Positions 10,801 through 17,620 of a stretch of DNA of 64,000 nucleotides are shown here, piece after piece. Both the position numbers and the translations under genes were made by a program. Position 1 is the first letter of the stretch; the number at the start of each line of letters is the position of its first letter. This stretch comes from an uncultured Paludibacter sp. (GTDB lineage: Bacteria > Bacteroidota > Bacteroidia > Bacteroidales > Paludibacteraceae). The notes under the pieces were generated by a model. The model saw only the letters and a program-made list of their open reading frames with translations. It searched no databases and was not told where the DNA came from. The stretch lies in the NCBI GenBank assembly GCA_964405245.1, contig CAYONE010000003.1, positions 8,244-72,243 on the forward strand, given 5' to 3'.

Positions 10801-11897
10801 GGTGGTAAATTTAGCGTACTGATAATTTCCGATAAATCGTAATTTTGTACCGTAAGCTTATTAAAGTCAAGCTTATACAGTCCATCGCCAACAGAACCGA
10901 GCCAAAGATTTCCTTTTCTATCCTTTACAATCTCATGAAAAAGTTTCATCGATGTATCGTCGAATAATTTGTCGGTTTCGTAAACGGTAAATTTACCATC
11001 GGCATCTTTACTAATACTGCTCAAATTGCTAAAAGTTATAACCCAAATCAGTCCGGTTTTTTCATCCTGTGTGATACTGTAAACAATATCGTCCACTTTA
11101 GCCGATGATTTTTCGGATAAGGGCATTTTTTCTACCTTAATGCCATTTGAGTTTTGCTCGGTCAGATGATAAATACCATCGCCCCAGGTACAAATCCAAA
11201 ATAGCCCATCGCTATCCTGAAAGCAACGAAACGGATTATTATTAATTCCTAAATTCGGCGCATAAACAGCTTTTTGGTTTGCTCTGTCAATATAACACAA
11301 TCCGGCTTTCCAAGCGGTAACCCATATTTTTCCTGCCTTATCTTCAAACACATAACTAATATTGTTGGATTTAAGTTTTATTGGCGAATCGCTGTCGGCG
11401 CTGTAACGCTCAAACTCAAAAGTTTCAGGATTTATACAAAGTACACCATGTGCGGTTGTTCCAACCCAAACATCGCCATTTTTGTCGGTTATTATTGAAT
11501 TTATATTATCGCCGGCAATATATCTGTTTTCAAGATTCGAAATTTTATACGATTTTTTGTCGATAATAACGATACCCTCAGGAGTTCCTACCCAGATTTT
11601 CTGAAAATTATCTTCGTTAATACATCGAATTTCGTTATTAATAAGTTTGCCGGGAGTTAAGGGACTTGACCGGAAAATTTTTACATCGTAACCATCAAAG
11701 CGGCAAAGTCCATCCATGGTTCCAAACCATAGAAATCCTTCTTTGTCGTGATAAATACGCAGTACCGAGTTTGATGGAAGTTTATCGTTCAACGGAAATT
11801 TCTCAAATCTTAAATCTGATGAATTCGCAAGAATATTTGTTGTGGCGAAAAGCAAAAGCCAGAATATTGCTAAAACTTTTTTTACGGGTTTTATCAT
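7815..11897 (-). CDS. Hybrid two-component system sensor kinase/response regulator (Reg_prop propellers, Y_Y_Y, HisKA, HATPase, REC, AraC HTH)
   Basis: D-x-x-G-x-LW-x-GT repeats; YANLPPGSYTFSVKATN; TM helix PPWYRTWWAFLIY; FTNISHELLTPL; NLLTNAFKYT; GIGLSL; SDVMMP; AraC end IAFAVGFNDPKYFSRCFKAEYG. Start is probably 11897 (MIKPVKK) or 11921. Confidence 0.95.
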   Translation of the reverse strand: MIKPVKKVLAIFWLLLFATTNILANSSDLRFEKFPLNDKLPSNSVLRIYHDKEGFLWFGTMDGLCRFDGYDVKIFRSSPLTPGKLINNEIRCINEDNFQKIWVGTPEGIVIIDKKSYKISNLENRYIAGDNINSIITDKNGDVWVGTTAHGVLCINPETFEFERYSADSDSPIKLKSNNISYVFEDKAGKIWVTAWKAGLCYIDRANQKAVYAPNLGINNNPFRCFQDSDGLFWICTWGDGIYHLTEQNSNGIKVEKMPLSEKSSAKVDDIVYSITQDEKTGLIWVITFSNLSSISKDADGKFTVYETDKLFDDTSMKLFHEIVKDRKGNLWLGSVGDGLYKLDFNKLTVQNYDLSEIISTLNLPPYVTHLTENEQGQIYISINRIGLFRFYPETGKSVRLLTSVLSKQASISALTHIKQTNKLLYALEGEDEVNICAYGPDGMLIGESKFVIDEYNRQENAIHALFEDSKGNIWIGANSGIYLKPKGGKSRLFSRNYSFVNSFTEDKHKNIWFGTAKEGVFYASQKIVNRRNIYFITSVPLKIDNFRSVNVQSVCSTPKGDTYIGTREGCLFRYNTNERKAIDISGLYGITEEGIMDMTADSNGILWISTIKKIIRFNPEKHTATYFTKNDGLLITSYYRDASILTRSGMVMFGGNKGICAFNTLEEPKSGTELKEQKVSVTDIMIQNKSVFDFEDNKCFDEKNGRFFVKYNQNNISFEFSSLNFPSAIIQYAYKLSDVDKDWIVAASSRRFVNYANLPPGSYTFSVKATNQDGTWSSDVTTIGLRVLPPWYRTWWAFLIYLIIGFYVIVIITRTVYNRIHLRNELKISQIDKKKTEELAQIKLRYFTNISHELLTPLTVIMLQIERLQNQIKGFEPQFDVMKENVVRLKRLIKQILVFRKTESGNMKLKVVKDDVISFVRTICQSGFKLQINEKEINFTIDVEYESYQAWFDPDKLDKIIYNLLTNAFKYTPKGGSIALKISFVPRHDSIFMRLSVSDSGIGISEAELPHIFKRFYISSNSDMSQSHGIGLSLTSDLLQIHKGFISAKSQPGEGSVFTFEIPISEDAYTREEKAPDDEVEMLSGAEKSMEEIVEKEKSMDNRSLSVLVVEDNQELNNIIADNFAEKFTVFTAGNGIQALQIIREKEIDIIISDVMMPEMDGLTLCKIVKNDLVTSHISILMLTAKNSVEDRIDCYNAGADAYIAKPFELGLLNARVNNLISKKIQKTESFRKNPDINISEMEYCSVDEVFLKQAIAKVEAKLSDELFDFDQFAMDMATSKSTLHRKLKSLTGLSPGEFIRNVRLKHAVQMLTNNTGNISEIAFAVGFNDPKYFSRCFKAEYGMTPKEFQENKRAKKQV

Positions 11898-11972
11898 TTT
11901 GCGGAAGGATTTAAAGTTCATTATTGAAATGAGAAAACAAAAATACAAAATTTCGGGCAATGCTGTACAAAT

Positions 11973-12015
11973 AAAAACAGCTCCGCACAATTTTAATTTA
12001 ATGTGTCGGAGCTGT
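11973..12015 (-). terminator. Intrinsic terminator after dpp7
   Basis: acagctccg..cggagctgt hairpin followed by a T-run on the minus strand. Confidence 0.75.
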
Positions 12016-12036
12016 AGTGATATTTTAACAAATAAG

Positions 12037-14157
12037 TTACTTAATTTTCAGTTCTTCAATTAACCGGGTTGCATTGCCAACTTTTTCCATTATAAACAAC
12101 ACGTATCTGATATCAACGTTTATGGTTCTTTGCAAATCCGGTTCGAATATCAAATCGCCACTCATTGCTTCCCAGTTGCCATCAAATGCCAATCCAATCA
12201 GTTCGCCTTTGGCGTTGAAAATCGGACTGCCTGAGTTTCCGCCGGTAATATCGTTATTGCTCAGGAACGCTACATGCATTTTTCCTGTTTTAAGGTCGGC
12301 ATAAGCACCAAAATTTTTGGTTTCAATCGTACTTTTCAGCCCTTGCGGAACATCAAATTCATAATCGCCGGGTTTTTCTTTTTCAAGAATTCCCTTTGTG
12401 GTAGTATAATAACTGTAAGTTACCGCATCGGCAGGTTCGTAGCCATCAATTTTTCCATAAGTTAACCGCATCGTGGAGTTTGCATCAGGATAAATTACTT
12501 TACCGCTTTCGGCAGCCATTTCCATAAGTCCCTTTTGATACACACGTTCGGCATCGGATATTTTAGCTAAAAGTTTGGAATATTCATCCTTGGTAATTTC
12601 TTCGCTTGCCTTTAATACATCTTTAATAAAAATCAATGCCGGATCAGACGAAAAATTAGTTTTACCACTTTTCACCGCTTTTTCAAATTTCTCGTACGAC
12701 GAAAAAGATGATTTGGCGAATAACCATTGTGTGTATTTCTGATAATCACCTTTAAATTTTTTATCGATGATGCGATAAACTTCGGGCAAGGCATCGGCAT
12801 TTACAGCTTTACGATATTCGGCAAGCATTACAGGGAATGTAGCTTCGTCAACTATCTGATAATAATCCTGATATGAATCTTTAGCTTTTTTAAGAATGGT
12901 TTCAACAGGTGAATTGCTATTAAATGTTCTTTCGAGTTGCGATGCAATGCGGGGCATTTCTACACCTCCCAATACTGATTCCCGCAAAAAATTAATTGCT
13001 TTCGAGTAAGGAAAAATAGCGGTGTAAGCTTGTTCAAGCTCATTCAACACTTTGCCATATTGCGCTTTTCTCTCGGGAGTTTTATCAATCCATAAAGCAA
13101 ACTCAGCTTCCTGAGCTTTTTTACTTTCGTAAACTCTGAGTTTTACAATGGCATTGTTCATGCCAATACTGTTTTTCCAGTAATTTGAACTGCGGGCATA
13201 TTTGCCGGCATAAGCTATGTTAATGGCTTCGTCGGACTGCATAAATTTTTTCCATACATCCTGTTTGGCGCCACGTACGTCAATACGCGCCAGATTTGAA
13301 GTACGCATACGATTATCAACTCCCCACGAAGTAAGGTATCGGGTTGTTGTTCCCGGATTTCCCATAATCATGGCAAAGTCGCCTTCCTGATAACCTTTGT
13401 TTGAAATTGCAGCGAAACGTTTTGGAGAATATGGAATGTTGCTTTTGGAATATTTAGCAGGTTTTCCTGTAGAATCGGCATAAACACGAAAAACCGAAAA
13501 ATCGCCGGTATGACGGGGCCACATCCAGTTATCGGTATCGCCTCCAAATTTCCCTATCGACGATGGCGGTGTAAAAGCTAAACGAACATCGGTAAACTCC
13601 TCGAAAACAAAAGTATAAAATTCGTTTCCGGCGTAAAAAGATCGAACCTGAGCTGTATAATGTGTATCCTTTTCAGCATCTTTCTTAATTACTTTGAGTA
13701 TTGAATCCTGTTTATTTCTTCGTGTATCGCCATTCAAATTAGCCAGCTCGGCAATAACCCTTTCGGTAACATCTTCAATTTTTACCAAAAATTTAACAGT
13801 AAGGCCGGGTGCGTTAATCTCATCTTCAAGCGTTCTTGCTGTAAATCCGTTTTTCAGATAATTATGTTCCACAGTACTCAACTGCTGAATAGCTCCATAA
13901 CCACAATGGTGATTGGTAAAAAGCAACCCCTGCCCCGAAACCATAACGCCGGTGCATCCACCACCAAAAACAATTACAGCATCTTTCAGACTTGTGCCAT
14001 TCGCATTGTAAATTTCATCGGCTGTAAGTACACAGCCCATACCATTCATTTTCTGAATGTTAAGTTTTTCAATCAGAGGGAGCATCCACATTCCCTCATC
14101 TGCTTTCGCGCCCGAAAGCAATAAAAGAGATAATAGTAAAATCGATAGTTTTTTCAT
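12037..14157 (-). CDS. dpp7: S46 family dipeptidyl-peptidase 7
   Basis: ADEGMW N-terminus, TNHHC, DNWMWPRHTGDFS, catalytic TGGNSGSP. The S1 region FDGNWEAMSGD has Gly (DPP7-type) where DPP11 has Arg. Confidence 0.9.
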   Translation of the reverse strand: MKKLSILLLSLLLLSGAKADEGMWMLPLIEKLNIQKMNGMGCVLTADEIYNANGTSLKDAVIVFGGGCTGVMVSGQGLLFTNHHCGYGAIQQLSTVEHNYLKNGFTARTLEDEINAPGLTVKFLVKIEDVTERVIAELANLNGDTRRNKQDSILKVIKKDAEKDTHYTAQVRSFYAGNEFYTFVFEEFTDVRLAFTPPSSIGKFGGDTDNWMWPRHTGDFSVFRVYADSTGKPAKYSKSNIPYSPKRFAAISNKGYQEGDFAMIMGNPGTTTRYLTSWGVDNRMRTSNLARIDVRGAKQDVWKKFMQSDEAINIAYAGKYARSSNYWKNSIGMNNAIVKLRVYESKKAQEAEFALWIDKTPERKAQYGKVLNELEQAYTAIFPYSKAINFLRESVLGGVEMPRIASQLERTFNSNSPVETILKKAKDSYQDYYQIVDEATFPVMLAEYRKAVNADALPEVYRIIDKKFKGDYQKYTQWLFAKSSFSSYEKFEKAVKSGKTNFSSDPALIFIKDVLKASEEITKDEYSKLLAKISDAERVYQKGLMEMAAESGKVIYPDANSTMRLTYGKIDGYEPADAVTYSYYTTTKGILEKEKPGDYEFDVPQGLKSTIETKNFGAYADLKTGKMHVAFLSNNDITGGNSGSPIFNAKGELIGLAFDGNWEAMSGDLIFEPDLQRTINVDIRYVLFIMEKVGNATRLIEELKIK

Positions 14158-14197
14158 TATTTATCAGTAATTTTTAAATTTTTATTCAATCTATTTG

Positions 14198-14205
14198 CAA
14201 AGTTA
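14198..14205 (-). promoter_or_regulatory. -7 promoter box (TAACTTTG) of dpp7
   Basis: caaagtta on +, 41 nt upstream of the ATG. Confidence 0.65.
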
Positions 14206-14352
14206 ATAAAAATTCATGTGTTGATGATAAATTCTGGGTATACACAAACTTCAAATAAAGTGGAAAAAAATAATTAAAGTAATCACAATTAAAAAAGATG
14301 AAAAAAATACAGTCTATTTATAAAACATAAATGATTTTTTTTTATAAAATTT

Positions 14353-14394
14353 AAAAAGGACTTACCACTTTCAATTTAGTGATAAGTCCTTTTT
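14353..14394 (-). terminator. Terminator downstream of tRNA-Met
   Basis: aaaaggactta..taagtcctttt inverted repeat directly after the tRNA 3' end. Confidence 0.8.
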
Positions 14395-14400
14395 ATTTAG

Positions 14401-14474
14401 TAGCGGGAACGAGAGTTGAACTCGTGACCTCCGGGTTATGAATCCGACGCTCTAACCAACTGAGCTATCCCGCC
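14401..14474 (-). tRNA. tRNA-Met (CAT), elongator-type; CCA not encoded
   Basis: Reverse complement GGCGGGA TA GCTC AGTTGGTTA GAGC G TCGGA TTCATAA CCCGG AGGTC ACGAG TTCAACT CTCGT TCCCGCT A folds as a cloverleaf. G1-U72 and the GCTC/GAGC D-stem argue against an initiator tRNA; Ile2 is not formally excluded. Confidence 0.93.
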
Positions 14475-14500
14475 AAAATGCTTTTTTGAAAAAGCGAGTG

Positions 14501-14531
14501 CAAAGATAGTAAAATTTCAAATTCCGGCAAA
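14501..14531 (-). promoter_or_regulatory. Canonical Bacteroidetes promoter of the tRNA (TTTG-N19-TATCTTTG)
   Basis: caaagata at 14501-14508 and caaa at 14528-14531 on +. Confidence 0.8.
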
Positions 14532-14727
14532 AATATACAACAGTTTTTATTCGCTAAGGCTGTTTATTTATTTTGAATAATGCTTTTTTACGCTCTATTT
14601 GTATCAATCTTAAAAAATTATGAAATCTCCTCCATAATTGATTAAAATTTATTTATAAAAATTCATTGCGCTATAAACTTTTCATTATTGTAATTAGTTT
14701 AATTTCAAATTTAAAATGCTACAATTT

Positions 14728-16866
14728 ATGAAAACAGTAAAAATGCTAATCATTGCTGCCTTTTTTTTAGCAACATCAACTTATGCAAATTGGGTACAAA
14801 CAGGAGGACCTATAGGTGGTGTGGCAATTGCGATGTTACGCCTCGATAATAGCGACTTATTACTTGCTACTGATTTTGGCGGTATTTTTCGTTCATCAAA
14901 TAATGGCGATTCATGGTTACCTTCAAATGAAGGTTTAAATTCGAACAACACGCCTTTCACAAAAATTGAAATTTTAAGGAAAGGCTTAAATGGCGACATT
15001 TTCGTTACCTCATCAACAGGAACAAAAATCATAACATTTGTATCGAAAGACAATGGACAGACATGGAAGGCTTTACCTAATCAGATTTGGGGAACGGGAA
15101 TCACAACTTCAACCGCTGATGGTACATATTATCAAATCCTTGGTTCAGAATTGGCAAAGTCCGATAACAACGGCACATCATGGACATTTATCACTACAAA
15201 TGGTTTACCTAAGAAAAACATTTCGGATATCATTCCCATTAGCAACACTCTCATCTTTATAGTTTTAACTGAGAATAACGGCATTTACAAATCCACTGAT
15301 GGAGGAAATAACTGGAGTGCAACTACACCTTTGCAGTTAAGCCCAAACGGAAGTAAATTGTTTTATCTGAACAACAGTTTGTTTTTACTGACGGGTGCTA
15401 CAATTCAAAAATCTACTGATGAGGGAAAAACATGGACTTACACATATAATCCTCCAACATTTCCACAGACCCCAACCGACTTATCCGCTGCTGAAAACGG
15501 TGTTATGTTTGCAAGCACCAGGGTTGTAGGTTTACTTAAATCTACAGATGGTGGAAATTCATGGACAACATTCGCGACCGGTCTTGAAGTTACCGGAATT
15601 AACGATTGCTTAACCACAACTGCTTCAGGCGAAGTTATCGTAAGTCAGTATGGTTTTGGGTTATTCAAATCGAAGCAATCAGAAGCTGATTTCAAATTAT
15701 CGTCTGATGGGTATCGTGCTTCATTTGCCAAATATTTAAGTATAGGCAGTGATGGGAACTATTACACAATAACCAACGGGTCGGCATTTAAAAGTTCGGA
15801 TAAAGGTAAAACCTGGCAAAGAATTCATACGTATGGAATAAACATTCAAAGTATTTATGAAAAGGATGGCGCTATTTTTCTTGGAAATATCAGTGGCATA
15901 ATGCGAAGCACAAATCAGGGGGAAAACTGGGGTTATCTGACAAATGGTTTTTCGATTGGCAATCAGCAAGGCGTACATCAGATAATAACGACACAGAAAG
16001 GTTCAATTTTAGCTGCTACCGGAGGCGGATTATTCAGAAGCGTAAATAATGGCGATAACTGGACTAAACTAACTGTTTTCGGCTCAAATGTACAGATTTT
16101 CGCTGTTTTTGAAAGAGAAAATGGCGATTTGTATGCTTCTGCTAACAGAAAACTTTATAAATCCACCAACGATGGCTCCAATTGGGAAGAAACTCCCATG
16201 GGTAATTTAATAAGTCCTGCGGTAAATCTTGATAATAATATTGATGTTCTCAATTATGTTATCGACACAAAAAACAATCATTACATCAATTTCGGTGCGA
16301 AATACTATCTGAAATCATCGGATGAAGGCAAAAACTGGCGAACAGTAAACTTACCTGCTGATGGTTTTGGAAATGAAAACGTTAAGGATATTCTGGTTGG
16401 AAATAATGACAGCCTGTTCATTGCAACAAATAGAAATATTTATTTGAGCACTGACGAAGGCAGCACACATCAACTATTTAATAACGGACTGACTTCAAAA
16501 AATTTACACAAATTGCACAAAACTTCTTCGGGTAAAATATTTTTGCTTACGAACGGTTCTGGTATTATGAAATTAAGTAATGCTACAAGCGCAGTTAGAG
16601 AATTTACTAATAATTCAAATAGTTTTGTTCGCGTAAGTTCAAATTCAACATCGAGCATTCAAGTTAGTTTTGAACTTATCATACCTGAAAACGTAACAGT
16701 TAAGCTGTATGATGTTTCGGGAAAAACATTATCAACTATAATTCACCAGAATTATACAGCCGGAAAACACCATGAAACAATTCACAGGAATTTACCCAAA
16801 GGAATATATCTTTACTCTTTTTCAACAGCAAGCTTCAATACTCAGGGAAAATTTATTGTACCTTAA
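14728..16866 (+). CDS. BNR/Asp-box repeat beta-propeller protein (VPS10/YCF48-like) with T9SS CTD
   Basis: About a dozen S-x-D/N-x-G-x-T/N-W Asp-boxes, a signal peptide, and C-terminal LYDVSGK..LPKGIYLY..QGKFIVP. Start is 14716 or 14728. Confidence 0.85.
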   Translation: MKTVKMLIIAAFFLATSTYANWVQTGGPIGGVAIAMLRLDNSDLLLATDFGGIFRSSNNGDSWLPSNEGLNSNNTPFTKIEILRKGLNGDIFVTSSTGTKIITFVSKDNGQTWKALPNQIWGTGITTSTADGTYYQILGSELAKSDNNGTSWTFITTNGLPKKNISDIIPISNTLIFIVLTENNGIYKSTDGGNNWSATTPLQLSPNGSKLFYLNNSLFLLTGATIQKSTDEGKTWTYTYNPPTFPQTPTDLSAAENGVMFASTRVVGLLKSTDGGNSWTTFATGLEVTGINDCLTTTASGEVIVSQYGFGLFKSKQSEADFKLSSDGYRASFAKYLSIGSDGNYYTITNGSAFKSSDKGKTWQRIHTYGINIQSIYEKDGAIFLGNISGIMRSTNQGENWGYLTNGFSIGNQQGVHQIITTQKGSILAATGGGLFRSVNNGDNWTKLTVFGSNVQIFAVFERENGDLYASANRKLYKSTNDGSNWEETPMGNLISPAVNLDNNIDVLNYVIDTKNNHYINFGAKYYLKSSDEGKNWRTVNLPADGFGNENVKDILVGNNDSLFIATNRNIYLSTDEGSTHQLFNNGLTSKNLHKLHKTSSGKIFLLTNGSGIMKLSNATSAVREFTNNSNSFVRVSSNSTSSIQVSFELIIPENVTVKLYDVSGKTLSTIIHQNYTAGKHHETIHRNLPKGIYLYSFSTASFNTQGKFIVP

Positions 16867-17055
16867 ATTTCGATTTTTTAATTTTATTCATTAAATTTTA
16901 TTTCACAATATCTGAAAACAACTCAAAAATCACTTAAAATATGTAACTTTATTTTCAAATTTAGGGAGAAAAATGCTTAATTTGAATAGAAATTGATATG
17001 CTTTTTCGACATTAAAAAGGTAAAAGAAAAAATTTAACTCCCTGAACATGAAAAT

Positions 17056-17520
17056 ATGCAGTTAAAATTCTTTGTAATAATTCTTATTTTTCTGATACCT
17101 TTTGGTTTCATAATTGCGCAGGAAACGGGTATGGCTTCCTACTACGGGAAAAAATTTGCGGGGCGACGTACGGCAGATGGCAGCCGTTATCATCCTGATA
17201 GTTTGACCTGCGCGCATAAAACCTATCCTTTTGGTACGCGACTTTATGTTCGCAATCCGAAAAATAATGCAGAAGTAGTGGTAAAAGTAACCGACCGCGG
17301 ACCGCATACCCGCAACCGCATGATTGATCTTTCATACAGTGCTGCACGCCAACTTGATATTATCAGGCAGGGAGTTGCTTTGGTCGAAATTCGACGCGTA
17401 GCACAATGGTGGGAATTTACACCATACATTTCAACTCCTCTACCCTACCCTATCAAATCTAAACCATTCTTGTTTTCAATCCCCGACATTTCTAAAACGC
17501 TAAAAATTCAAACCAGATAA
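17056..17520 (+). CDS. rlpA: RlpA family lytic transglycosylase (DPBB domain only)
   Basis: GMASYYG..GRRTADG..TCAHKTYPFGT..VKVTDRGP..IDLSYSAA. Confidence 0.9.
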   Translation: MQLKFFVIILIFLIPFGFIIAQETGMASYYGKKFAGRRTADGSRYHPDSLTCAHKTYPFGTRLYVRNPKNNAEVVVKVTDRGPHTRNRMIDLSYSAARQLDIIRQGVALVEIRRVAQWWEFTPYISTPLPYPIKSKPFLFSIPDISKTLKIQTR

Positions 17521-17553
17521 ATTTTTACTTTCTGAAAATTTTTAGAAAAACCA

Positions 17554-17589
17554 AAAAAAAACCGCCTTCTTCTTTACGAAAAAGGCAGC
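17554..17589 (-). terminator. Terminator of the 17621-19981 gene
   Basis: Minus strand CUGCCUUUUUC-GUAAA-GAAGAAGGCGG followed by a long U-run. Confidence 0.75.
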
Positions 17590-17620
17590 TTCTCTTGTCC
17601 CCCTTTAGGGGTTAGGGGTT

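Noticed and set aside
12037..14157. DPP11 assignment
   Set aside because: The S1 motif is FDGNWE (Gly), not the FDRNWE type of Asp/Glu-specific DPP11.
14401..16866. tRNA-anchored genomic island
   Set aside because: No integrase and no duplicated tRNA 3' end seen. The accessory gene lies on the tRNA 5' side, and the 3' side has an ordinary terminator.
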